A stretch of DNA of 64,000 nt from Leptogorgia sarmentosa (Eukaryota), in NCBI GenBank assembly GCA_964658305.1, contig OZ210884.1, positions 5,456,001 through 5,520,000 of the forward strand, in the 5' to 3' direction. Below are positions 34,101 to 46,511 of this stretch, one piece after another (position 1 is the first letter of the stretch; each line of letters opens with the position of its first letter). Made by a program: the position numbers and the translations under genes. Below the pieces are notes generated by a model that had not been told where the DNA came from, made no database searches, and saw only the letters and a list, made by a program, of their open reading frames with translations.

Positions 34101-37100
34101 CTATAGATAGAACTCTTCTTCTATCTAGGAATTGTTTCCAGCTGGTCAGTTGATCTGGGGAAAATTAAAAGGCTTTGATTGGTGGCCAGGTATGGTGGTT
34201 GAACTCAAGACTCCGTTGGACAATCAGGTTGATGTAGTCTGGGTGAAGTGGTATGGTGATAACAAATTTTCCAAGGTACGAGAAAAGTCTTTGTTTCAAT
34301 TAAATGACCATTTTGAAACAACTTATTCCCAGATTACTTTTTGTTAAGCTTCTTAAAAATGAGATCGTGCCATTTCGTCATTTTGGATCAAAATTTTTAC
34401 ATTCAAAATGCAAGGGAGTGTACAAAAGAGCAATTATTTCTGCATTAGAGGTAGGTAAAGTGTATTCATTTAGTATTCAGTGCCATGGCTAAGTATTATA
34501 TACATATTATTCGTCTATATCTATATTTATATCGCTCCATATTAGCCATTCGATCTATGAAAAATGTTATGAAGATCTTGAACATTTTCTTATGCTCCGC
34601 TCCACCATATCAGATTATTTTCCCTACCAGAAGCCAGTTGTATAAAAACGAAGTTAATAGTGCGATTGCTGACACAACGTAGTTGTCGAATAAAAATCCT
34701 CATCCTCAGTTTCATGAATAAAGTAAATTAAAGTTGCAAGATGGATTTCAATTGATATGGCTAGTTCCAGGTCTTTTATTCACGGTCAGATCAGCTACAT
34801 GTACAAATCTTGCTTGCCTAGTTCCAGGCCTTTTACTCACGGTCGGATTACAAATCTTGCTTAGCTAGTTCCAGGCCTTTTACTCACGGTTAGTTGCAGT
34901 AGAATTGCACCGTCAGTAGCTATAACATCCCGGCAACACCGCTGATGTTAATTTATGTGTCCGTAAGGTTGCAGTATCTCGAAGTAAACACCAGTTTCCA
35001 AACAATGCTGAGGACGCTGATAAAAGCAATAGAGACGAGCGAGCAAAATTGTTGTTGGACTGGGCACTAGATGACTTCAAACCAGGAGGACCGGAAGCAT
35101 TTGAAACTATCAAAGGTCGGTGTTTAGTTATTAAGTTATGTGAATATGTAAATAATTTGTCGGTATCGCTGAAGATTTTCGTTACCAGATGAGCACAAAG
35201 TCGCAGTGAACCCGTGTGCGGTCAATCTTGAACAAGCCTGGAACCGACGAGAGGGAAAAGATAGATTCGGTCAACCAATTAGAACGCCTGCCTTGGCTGA
35301 GGATGTCAAAGGTAATTGAAATTCTTAGGACATGCGCATTATATGCCTATACGTTAGTCAAGCCAATGCTGACGAACTGGTGAAAAATAGCTTCGCCCGG
35401 AATTAAACGAAAACGCTCCTAGAAAACCAGAAATTTTGTGTGTAAAAGTTTCATTATTAGCTTAGCTTTCCCTCGGAACACAACTGACATGGCAATATAC
35501 AAACTACGTCAGATATAAATTAAGCATTATAATGACCAAAATTTGGTTAGACTGTTTTTCATTCGTCTGATACTCTGCCATTTTTCTCTCAACTAGCTGT
35601 GTTTGACCAGGCTGTTTCTGGCATAATAAGCATCGAAGGTAGGTTTTGAGGTGAAAAAAGTAATTTTCACGCATTCGAAACGACGCATTCCAATGGTAAA
35701 GCTGGCCGGATTATCTTGTTATGCCATGTAAATAGTTCGCGCTCAGAATCCGTTTTCTACGTGGAGACCCAAATTACGTCAGCATTTTCCGGACTTTTTG
35801 CTTCATCACGCAGTTTAGGTATATCTTTCATGGCATGCAGTAACGATCGTTTTATTTAAAGTTCGTTTTAACAGAGCGAACTTTATACACCGTATTGGGC
35901 CACCTATAAGTTAGTGGAGAGAGAGGAACTGTCATAGCTATGTTTGGCTCAAAGGTTTAAAAACTGTGTTCAATTATTGTTTGCTAATATTTTAGATATA
36001 TGTCTTGGTTGCGGTGACCTCAAGATAAGTGTTCCTCATCCATTATTTCATGGCTCACTCTGTGAAGAGTGCAAGGTACCGAACAGTAAATCTAATCTCA
36101 AAGTTTACATATAGCGCCATTACCTATTTTACATATATCTATATTAAATATCGTATAAAATATCGTATCATTCTTTTTTAGGAAACATTTTTGGAATGCG
36201 TTTATTTATTTGACGAAGATGGTTATCAGGTACCGCCAATTTGGGGGCGAATGTTCTTCTCTTAAACCCTTAAACTCTTTGTGTGCTGATGTCTTTGTTT
36301 TCCTCCATCATGAAATACGAAGCGTGTCATGTGTGAAGTGTTGTGTAGTCTACAGTTTTTGCAATATATACCCTGGCTGTTTTGAATGTTGAAATTCTTA
36401 TAAAACATGCATGTATTTTTTTCTTAGATGTATTGCACTATATGCGGTGATGGTAAAGAAGTTTTCATGTGTGAATCCTCAGGCTGTTTCAGGTTATATT
36501 GAAATTCTGATCACTAGACAATTCCTAGAAATGTATTTCAGGTATAGAGAACTTTCGCTAACAGTTTTTAAATCTTTCAGGTCATATTGTGCTGTATGTC
36601 TTGAATTGATATGTGGAGCCGGTACAGTTGAGAAGGTTGGTGCATGTATTATTCATTTTCTATACAGTTTATATGCATCTGGGGTTGATTTTTTGGGGGG
36701 TTCTCTCTGAAACAACCGGTTGATTGGTCTCACAGGCCCATATATATACAATTTTATAGTTTCTGAGCATTATTACAACGGTTGAAAAACTCCTTATCTA
36801 CTGGATAGTGCTATCCAACATTTAACATATTTGTCATTGTATAGGAGCATGTATATCTTTATCCCCAGCAACGTTTCCCGTTGTTTTCGTTTAGATTTCA
36901 TCTCTGGAGAAATGGTGTTGTATTATGTGCTTGAATGTCAAAGTAGGACTTCTTGAAAAGAGGGAAGATTGGCAAGAACATCTTAGGGAACTTTTCGCTT
37001 CCGATAAAGAGCAAGAATATGTAAGTATAGTTTCCAATGCCGAACGTTCTGAGGGCACTTGTCCTAAGAAATAAAAAAACTGCATTTCAAGTGCTTTAAA

Positions 37101-40100
37101 TTTGCTTTAAATAGAACATACCGTAAAAAAGAAAACAAAAGCTTTACAAAACGCTTGATATGTCAAAAGGGCATTTCAAAACTTTGTCATAGATTCGCAG
37201 CAGCGAAACTTTCTACATGTCGTTACCATGTAGTCTCTATAATATTTAGTCAGTTCCGAGTATTTGTGCTCCAGTCCCACCTGAGAATCGACAGCCACTT
37301 CGCGTTTTATCATTGTTCGATGGCATCGGAACCGGTAAGTCTATCAGCATGCAAAATGGCAAGAATTTGTAACAAAATTTGTAAAAATATTCAACGGAAA
37401 TACTTTAACAATATTTGACATCCTCTACCGATAAAAAAAATAAACTGTTGCAGGTTTGTTCGCACTAAAAGAACTGGGATTACAGGTGCAGGTGTATATT
37501 GCATCAGAAATTGATGAAAATGCGACTCGAGTAAGTCGACTAGTTATTCGTGTATTTATTTTCTGTATTCTTGGGTTTCACGTGACGATGTGACGTCATA
37601 GGTTTAAGTCAAAAGCTCAGTGTCACAGTTATCAAGTGAGTTCAGGGCGTTCCTGCCAACAATGTTTCCAGTTGTCAGCAATGATAAACAGGATACGCAC
37701 TGTGATTAGTTAGGGCAGTCAGTAGGGTTAGATGTCAGGATTAGAGATTAAGTTTTGAGATTGTTGATATGGAAATTCATCCGAAACATTATTCTCAATC
37801 TTAGCAAGCTTAGAGACAACGCACTTTTTTTGCATCAGTCATGTATACTTGCCATGTTTTTTGACATGTTTTTTGAAATCGTTCGTCAGGTTGTAAAGGT
37901 CCAACATGGAGAGGACGACGTTGTTCAGTTTGTTGGTGATATTGAACAAATCACACCTGAACAGGTAGTTTTATTCATCATTGTTGCGAAGAAATAAAAA
38001 AGTTAACAAGAAAAATAATAAAACGCCCACTTCCTTTTCCTCGCGCCTTATAGTCTACGTGGCGTGACAGGCCCCATTAGACAGCTCTGGGTCGATGTCC
38101 GGAGCTGGGCATCAAAGACGACGTGAAAATGGCGTATTGTGGCCATGTATAAATATGGATTATGAAATCACCCTTTCGAAAGAACAGTCCTGCATGGGTT
38201 CAAAAAACCGCATCATTAGTTCCTCGAAGTATGATGGATTTTCATTGCCAACATCGTGATAATAAAAAACATTGTCGTCATTTCAGATTGAGCTGTGGGG
38301 CCCATTTGATTTAGTTATTGGCGCTAGTCCTTGCAATGATTTATCGATTGCCAATCCTGCACGTCAGGGGATTTATGGTATGTCCAAATACGTAATGTAC
38401 TTCCAGTATTTCTGAATGTTTCGTCGAAGTAAAGATAAGTTTATTAGTCTAACAATATTCATTGAGCGTTCTCTGACTTAATATTTATTTCTACGCGCTT
38501 TTGGCTATCAGTCTATAGCCTTCGACGGGTGTATACAAGTGATTCTATGAAGAACGCTAAAATTAAGTAGGTGGAAAGAAATCTGAGACTATCTATGTTA
38601 TGTTACAAATGGGTAATATGAATATTTAACTAATTAATGTTTCTTGAGTTCCTTTCTTAAAAGTATTGTGTATTGTGCTGGAAGCGTATTAGAGTTATTA
38701 TCAGCTTCGTCTGTTAGTGCAGTGTGCCAGGACTCTAAGGTTTTAAGGTTTCTATGATTTCCCTTGTCAACTCCACATATTCATAGTAGAACTATATAGT
38801 AGAACAATAAATCAACTCCACAAATTCATAGTAGAACCGTGAAGAAATCCTGTAACAATGCATGCAACTATTCACGCTTTCTGCCAGGAATCGAAGGCTA
38901 GCTGGTTGTACGAAGCCCTCATTGGATAAATCAACTCCACATATTCATAGTTTAACCGTGAAGCAATCCTGTAACATCAAAGAAACTATTTTTATTCCAA
39001 CTAGTGTCAACTTCATTTTTTGCACACAATCGACTTGCGGAAGTTTCCTTGTTTTCGGATATTTCGATTACTGACAGAAAGTTTGTTGGTTTAGTGCAAC
39101 AACCCAACTTTCGCGAAACATTAAAAAAATAAACAATTATTTTGTTGATGTAATATTATTTTTTCCTTCAGAAGGGAGTGGTCGTTTATTCTTTGAATTC
39201 TTCCGTCTTTTGATGTATGCTAAGCCACAACGAGATAATTCTAGACCTTTTTTCTGGTTGTTCGAAAATGTTGTGAGCATGCGCTCTCAAGACAAGCGAA
39301 CTATATCTAGATTTTTACAGGTACGTAAACACTGCGCATGCTTGAAAAGGAACAAATTGTAGATATTTTCTAGCACCCACTTTTACGCCATTACAATGTT
39401 ATTGGGAAGCATAAATCGAAAAAGCCTGAGTCTAGAGTCTCACCTAACAAATTTTATTATTTTCGATCTCTCCGCCGCCAATTTCAATATCTTCTCTCCT
39501 GCAAATTATCGATTTTATCACGCCACTGGTTTTTCAGCACTATGTAGAAGTGAATGTTTTACTGATCAATTTTTTGTCAATGATATGCAATACACAATAA
39601 TATTTTAATTATAGCTTTCTCTGCTGAAAAATCATTTTCTAGTGTAACCCTGTAGTGGTTGACGCCAAGGATATTTCACCTGCCCGAAGGGCCCGATATT
39701 TTTGGGGAAACCTGCCCGGAATGAACAGGTTAGGTTAAGTATTACCTATAGCAATACCACACGAATAAAATGCACACGGATTCAATGTTTCAATTGTGTA
39801 TATTTTATTCGTTATCCAAACCATGCAACTCTCTCTGTATAATGATTTGTAAAAACTTAACCGTGTGTCACAAGAGTGCAATGCTAAACTGGATGCAAAA
39901 CAACTACAGTCTTCTACAATCCCCTGTTTGTAGCGAATGTTGCATTTGATTTCTTTCTTTAGGCCGACTGTTCCAGTTGCGGGTGATAAATTGTCATTGC
40001 AGTCTTGTTTGGAACCACATTGTGGACGCAAAGCTCGTGTAAGTTGGGGTTTTTTCTGTGCACTGAGCTTAATGTTATTTATGGAGGGTCAACTTACGTA

Positions 40101-41037
40101 AGACTGAAGATGGCAGACGACCACCTTGTTGACGTCTATAAACAACTTCAGAAACAGTTTTCTTGCAATCTTTCTGCGTATTTCTGAGCGTTTTTCAGTC
40201 TGTGAAACGCAGATTTGTTCGGCTCTAATCCTTACTCAGAACAAAAAAAATCGAAATATTGAAAAATTTTATTGAAAAAATCAATAAAACAACAAAATAT
40301 TGCTTGGAAAGTATTTTGACTCTGACAGCGCAAAAATCTGCGAAGGAAGACTCTTGTTCGTTGGTTAAGTTCACCTGTTCTATCCCCCCAGCCGCGCCCA
40401 TTAACTCACTTGTGCTAGATCGTAATTATGTTGACCACACCTGCATAAACAATAGGAAGCGACTGGTAGTGGTTCTCAATTTACCGCGCGCGTCCACGTC
40501 GTTTTTTGCCCGGTATCGCGTTTATAAGCGTCTCATTTGCAATTTTTTATTCCAGTTTACGAAAATTCAAACAGTGACAACGAAAGCAAACTCCATTAAA
40601 CAAACAAAACAAGGCATCTTACCAGTTGAAGTTTCTGACAGTGACGTCACGGAAGATTTATTATGGTGCACAGAAATGGAAAGGTACAAAAGATATTTTA
40701 TAAAATTTTCTTACAGTGTCAGTAGCACATTACTGGTTACTGGTAGCACATATTACAACGTTACTGGTTGCCCCTTCCTAAAAATCAGACAAATTTTACT
40801 TACTGGGACAACCAGCCCCTAACTACTGAAATGACTGAATGTCGTCCATGATTTACGTCCCTTCACAGGTTGTTTGGTTTTCCTGCTCATTATACAGATG
40901 TTGGTAACATGGGAAAAAACCAACGACAGAAACTTCTCGGAAAATCATGGAGTGTCCCAGTTATTAGACATCTTTTATCTCCACTGAGAGAGTACTTTAG
41001 CTCAAAATCAAGTGCAGATTTGGAAAATACAAACTGA
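31115..41037 (+). CDS. DNMT3: De novo DNA (cytosine-5) methyltransferase DNMT3, about 774 aa; exons 31115-31138, 31637-31684, 31931-31986, 32320-32476, 32608-32701, 33421-33536, 34129-34275, 34349-34450, 34968-35115, 35189-35311, 35996-36075, 36182-36229, 36428-36492, 36581-36635, 36895-37020, 37250-37334, 37454-37530, 37890-37964, 38287-38377, 39172-39320, 39643-39728, 39963-40038, 40556-40683, 40869-41037 (first six exons less certain)
   Basis: PWWP ([21 protein letters not shown]); ADD ([24 protein letters not shown]); MTase motifs I (VLSLFDGI), IV (GASPCNDLS), VI (FWLFENV), VIII ([12 protein letters not shown]), IX-X ([24 protein letters not shown]); all junctions GT..AG and in phase. Confidence 0.95.
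34761..34890. repeat. Three-copy tandem repeat (ctagttccaggccttttactcacggt core), DNMT3 intron
   Basis: Seen directly in the sequence. Confidence 0.8.
38768..38976. repeat. Three degenerate copies of caactccacatattcatagt.., DNMT3 intron
   Basis: Seen directly in the sequence. Confidence 0.7.
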
Positions 41038-41050
41038 ATAGGCTCGTAAT

Positions 41051-41450
41051 AATCTAAAACGTAACTGGAACGCTATTTCAAAGAAACTGTCTGTTTTTTG
41101 CAGTTATAAGGTTTCATCGATCATCACACATTACGACTACATGCAATAATCCTTCCAGATTTAAATTTTGGACGCCGGAGATCTAAACAAAATTTCACAC
41201 TCAATTTAATTTACGAGGTTATTTTTGAGCCAATAAATGCATCGTGAATTCATGTATTTGGATATAAAAAGAAGTTCAGTACTCATTACAATTTCATGTT
41301 ATGGCTATAGCTAAAAGTAATAGAAGCCAAACCATAACAATATTCGGTAGATTTGAGAGACCATCTCGCATACTTTAATCTTATCTTAACCCTATGATCT
41401 TGCCCTCTCAAATCTCAGGCAGTAATAGCGTTCCAGTTACGTCTCAGGTT
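41051..41450. mobile_element. MITE starting 13 bp after the DNMT3 stop codon
   Basis: 27-bp TIR aatctaaaacgtaactggaacgctatt / aatagcgttccagttacgtctcaggtt; contains AATAAA at 41232. Confidence 0.75.
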
Positions 41451-43294
41451 TTCAGCTCTCACTGTAAAATTAGGAATTTGAAATCTTTCTTTTCAGTTTA
41501 GTCCACGTATCGCAGTTTTCATATTGGTAAAATTTCTATTTTAGGGGTCGGGAGATTTTTTGTGGAAAAACTGATATGCATGTGTATTTTGTTGAATGAA
41601 GCCCACTCTGGCACGATTTCACTTTCAAAAATAATTGGATGTAAACAATATTGAAATTTGGTTTAAATTTAGAATTCGTCGCTTACTACGCTTCCATATT
41701 CTTGCTTTATTAGTGAATGCTTACAAAATAACAGGAAAGAACGGCAATTTTGGTCTCGGTGCCATTGTTGTATCTGCGTAAGCAGATATATTGCTATCGT
41801 CTTGTAACTGTAACTGTAACCGTAACCGTGCTTGCAGCCAATCAGAACTTCGAACTTCGAAGCGACCAAATCGTTTAAAATATTGTACTTTTTTTCTCAT
41901 CTCTATCCTACTTTTGTCACCATTTTATACGGAGACCTATCTTGATTTGGTAAGTGTAAACATGACAGAATTACAGCAGGTTTTACGGGTTGTTTGGAGC
42001 CGTGGGTATCGAAAGTACGATAGAAATGAGACACTGTGTGCCGCAGATTTATACGCAGATACGCAAAAATATCACGACGCAAATTATACATTGGCATTGC
42101 TATGGAATTTAGATCATCAAAGCAAAAATATCATGACGCAAATTATAGCTACATTAGGTTTATGTCTTGACAAATTGCGCGTATATTTTCCCTACGATAC
42201 TTTAGCGTGTCGGCACTGACACATTTGTACATGTTTGGACTGCACGCGGACCCGCGGTGTTATTGTGATCACGGAATATCTACTGTATTTTGACGCTTCG
42301 CCATACTGTTCACAATGGTTGAAACATTCAATCCCAGGAAAATAGATTTTGTAGCTAGTTTTAATGAAACGCGTTTGTTAAGCGCGAGACAAAACAAACG
42401 AAATCATATATAGTTTCAAGTATTCTGTTTTGAACCTACGCGCATACCGATCATACACTTGTGCGTCTAGGCAAATGCTGCATGAATAGATAGAATATAG
42501 TGTATATAAGTAAATTATTATAATATGGTTTTGAAAAGAGTAAATTTGGTTTTTGGAAAGCCACATTTTTCACAAACAATCGCAAAGCGCTTTCTATATT
42601 TTAAGGACGCAATAGCATAAAATGCGATATCATATTTCGTCAAGTTCAAATTCATTATGCAATTTGATGATCGCGCGAATTCGGAATGCGAGATAGTCAT
42701 GAAAGCTCATATCTAGTATTGAATACGTTTCACGTTTTAACCATTCACAACCTCACCCCTTTTAAAAGAAATTAGTATTTGCGCTATTTGCCTATTCCCT
42801 AGCAGTAAACCATTTTACACATCGCTGGTAACCAAGCGGTCCAAGGTACATATGAGATACATGTATACGTTGTGTACCTATTTTTTTTCTTTTCCCAAGG
42901 CTTGAACTCATTTTCTTTTTCTCAGGGGAGAGGGGACGGGTTGTTCAGAACCAGTTAAGTTTCTATCGACGTATTATTCACCCGCGTGACTTGAAGTGTT
43001 AAGATGGCCGCGTGCAATTGCATTTAATTAAAAAAGTTTATAACAACGTTTGTATCTTTTGCATACATTGCTTGTTAAACAATGGTACGTTGCACAAACC
43101 GGCTATAATTAATAACATGAATTTACTACAAAACACTATATACGTTTACAATATTTCAAAACGTGGTCCATCTATATATTCATAATAAAAATGACAAAAC
43201 CATGTACATATGTATGTCCAAACTACAGCTGTGTCAAACTACATGTATAGCTTTTGAATATCTATAAGCACACGTTAATGAAAGTTTAATGTAA

Positions 43295-46200
43295 CTACGC
43301 TACTTCGCCTCCATTCTTGATCTGGCAGACCATCCATAATGACAACACCATGCCAAGAATCTACAAAGACAAGACATTCTAAGTTCAAATTTCCAGACCG
43401 AACTGCTTGGATGATTTCATTCTTTAACATTTATTCAATACACAGGGGGGGGGGGGCTGAATCTCCACATTAGTGATTACGTTCCCGGAGGGTTTGGGGA
43501 GAGAGCTGGGAATTACAACATATGGAAGCTATTTATTACCCAGTACAAATAAATTTTATAGTGTTTCCACATATAAGATAATAAAATTCAAATAATCACT
43601 GACCTGAATAACAGCAAAAGCGATGCCAACACCAACCACGACAGCGAGATTGTCTTCGAATTCATCTTTTATTTTGTCATAACAACCCTATAATGAAAAA
43701 GTTTCTGGAATTGAGAAACAAGACATGGAGAAATAAAGTTAAAAAAAAATAATAATCCAGGAAGAAAAGACAAAACAAAAGCACAACCATATATCGCCGG
43801 CGATATCTTGAAAACTATGTTGCTTTACATAAAATTTAGCTTTGATTTATAATTCACGTCAAGCACTAGTCCTCTTAACAAACCGTTGACAATTTTAACG
43901 TTTTAGATTATAAGTGGTAATATAATAATGCAGCATGCATAGCTTTATTATTCCTGATTTATAGAGCTCACGATGTCATTAACTCTTGTATGACCTCTGG
44001 GATCGACCTGAACACAACGCGAAGAAAATATACAATATATATTCATGTATACTTTACACATAAAGTATTATACGTACCGTACTGTTATATGTTTCTCTCG
44101 CGCAAACACGTTTATTAGGGTCAAAGTCCTCTTGGCCAGTTACTCCGCAACATTTGAACTAAAAATTGAAAAAAATTGAAAAAAATACAAAATTAACAAT
44201 TTTACATGTGCCAAAACCACTGGCCAAATTACTCTAAGGATTTCTGGGAACATTTTCCATTTGAAAGGGGATTCAGTAATTTAAAATTACCATCAAAACT
44301 TGTTATATTTTTTTACAAGCTTTCTAGTTCACGTGTCTATGCCGTAGTCTATTAACACAAAGACTGCCACTCAGAAGCCTAAGTATATCTGATAATTATT
44401 TTAATTAAACAAGAGAACGTTCCAAAATTAATTATACTGAAATAATCTTGGTTCGCCACTAACAATGCCCATTGTTATTATGTACACAAGAAGCTTCTGC
44501 TGGCGTGCGTATTGTATTTACTGGGCTACCTATGCTGACATCCATACTTTTGAAATCGAAATTTGAACTATAATCAGTATTAGCATAGACTTTCCAGAAG
44601 ACAAGACTTGTCTTCTCGGAAATCTATGGCAGTAGCTAATAGTGGCAATAACTGGTATTTCTTGTCTTAATTAAACCGAACATGTCACAAATAACAAATA
44701 ACGAACAACAAACCTCCTTTTCAAACGTTTCCCAAGTGCCTTTGAAATGTATATTGTTTACTGTGTCGTTCAAGCATTCCTTCAGTTCATCTTCAACCTG
44801 AAACACCAGACAGATTTAGATACTGTACAGACCGTTGGCGTTTACTTAATCCACAAGTGCAGCAGTGATATTAGAGAAATAATATCATTCTCAAAACGTA
44901 CTGTTTACGCGCATGATCTCCCTCACCCCCCTTACGCGCCTATGATCCCCCTTAACTGGGATTCATTATGAAGCGTCAAATCAATCGTAAACAATCGTTG
45001 AGAATTGTAATCACTGTTTTCCCGTTAATACCAGCAGTATTGCTGATGGGATTTTAGCAGTTTAAATAAAGTATTATTATTATTGCTATTCATGATAGGT
45101 ATTTACCGTACATTTGAAATGCATGAATAAACAGACTGACACCTACAGTGCATTGACTTTGATACAGATCGTTCATGCATGGTGTTTATTTAAAAAAATT
45201 ATTAACCTGGTTTCAGATTGTCTTGCGTCATATTTCTGAACTTTATTTGGGTTCATAAGTATACGTGTGACTGAAATGCTGCGATGTGATTGACACATAA
45301 GCTCATCAACTATTCGTGAATTTTAAGAGAAATACGCAACATTTTCTATTGACAGATAAGAAATTGGCAACTCATAAAATTTACCATATTCAGGATATCG
45401 GTTGTCGCACGGGGAAAATTAGATGTTGTATCAAAAATGCAATTAATCAGGTATATAGCATCAAATTGACTACATTGTCCGCGCTTTTTCTGCTACTGAA
45501 ATCTATTTCTGAAAATTAGCCATTTGAATAAATAAATACCTTTGATTTTTCTGTCGCAGAATAGATACCAGCAGCAAGCTCAAGAATGAAAATTATCAAC
45601 AGGAAAACGAAGAACTAAAAATTGGAATGGTATTGAAATGAATGAGAATAAGAAGGCTTCAGGTCTAATTCATGAATGCCCGTGCAGAAAAACAAAGTAG
45701 TTTTCGTAAATTATAGAAACGTATAGAAAATTTCCCAAATTCAGCGGGCTGTATTTTTCGTATTTCACAGCATTGCGGAACTAAATTTTGCAGTCTCACT
45801 AAGCTTGATTGTTTCTTTGTGGCTGCAGAGATTATTCTACGTAGTTTAACGCAGGTAGTGGTATAATTAAACTTACAATTGAGAGTAAAATAGAGCTCTG
45901 TTTCCAAGCACCAAAGCAACCAAAGAAAGCAACGACAAGGACAATCACACCAACAGCAAGTAAGAGATTCGCTCCAGTTGCCCATGAGTATTTGTCACAC
46001 AGATCCAAATACTCATCTTTTTCAACTTTTAGATACGCCCCAGTACCGATTAGGCCCGCGCCAGTGATCTAAATAACATATAGAAAATAATGATGCTGCA
46101 AAATTCTGTGGCTGCCCTTAATAGAATTTAGTAATGAATGCCCCATCCATTTATTGTATAAAATTGTACTTCATGCACATTCTAATTTGGAGCTCAGAGG

Positions 46201-46511
46201 CGAAGTGGGTTTAATGTGGCTGAAATATAGATATTCTGAATAATATGGATAATCCCATTTGATGCAAAGCGTTATTCAGCCACTGTACGGAAATAGGTCA
46301 ATCAATTGGACGCAATAGTAAAGTGTGCTAGGTAGCATTATGGATATGCATCACATGCAAAATCATCAGTTTCCATTCTTCACAACAAACACAGGCGTGA
46401 AACAGTAATATAAAACTAGACTAGTGAAACAAAACATTGATAGTTACTACTTACAAAGAAGATAACATTAAAGAAGAAGACCAAATATCTTATACACGTG
46501 TAACCACACAT
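43295..46511 (-). CDS. Tetraspanin A, 212 aa, short EC2; exons 46511-46455, 46068-45877, 45614-45540, 44797-44714, 44158-44078, 43687-43604, 43360-43295
   Basis: MCGYTCIRYLVFFFNVIFF; FFGCFGAWKQS; IFILELAAG; FKCCG; GCYDKI..; IQILGMVLS; all introns phase 0. Confidence 0.92.

Noticed and set aside
41669..42700. ORFs of 60-142 aa between DNMT3 and tetraspanin A
   Set aside because: No recognisable domain; sequence looks like repeat remnants
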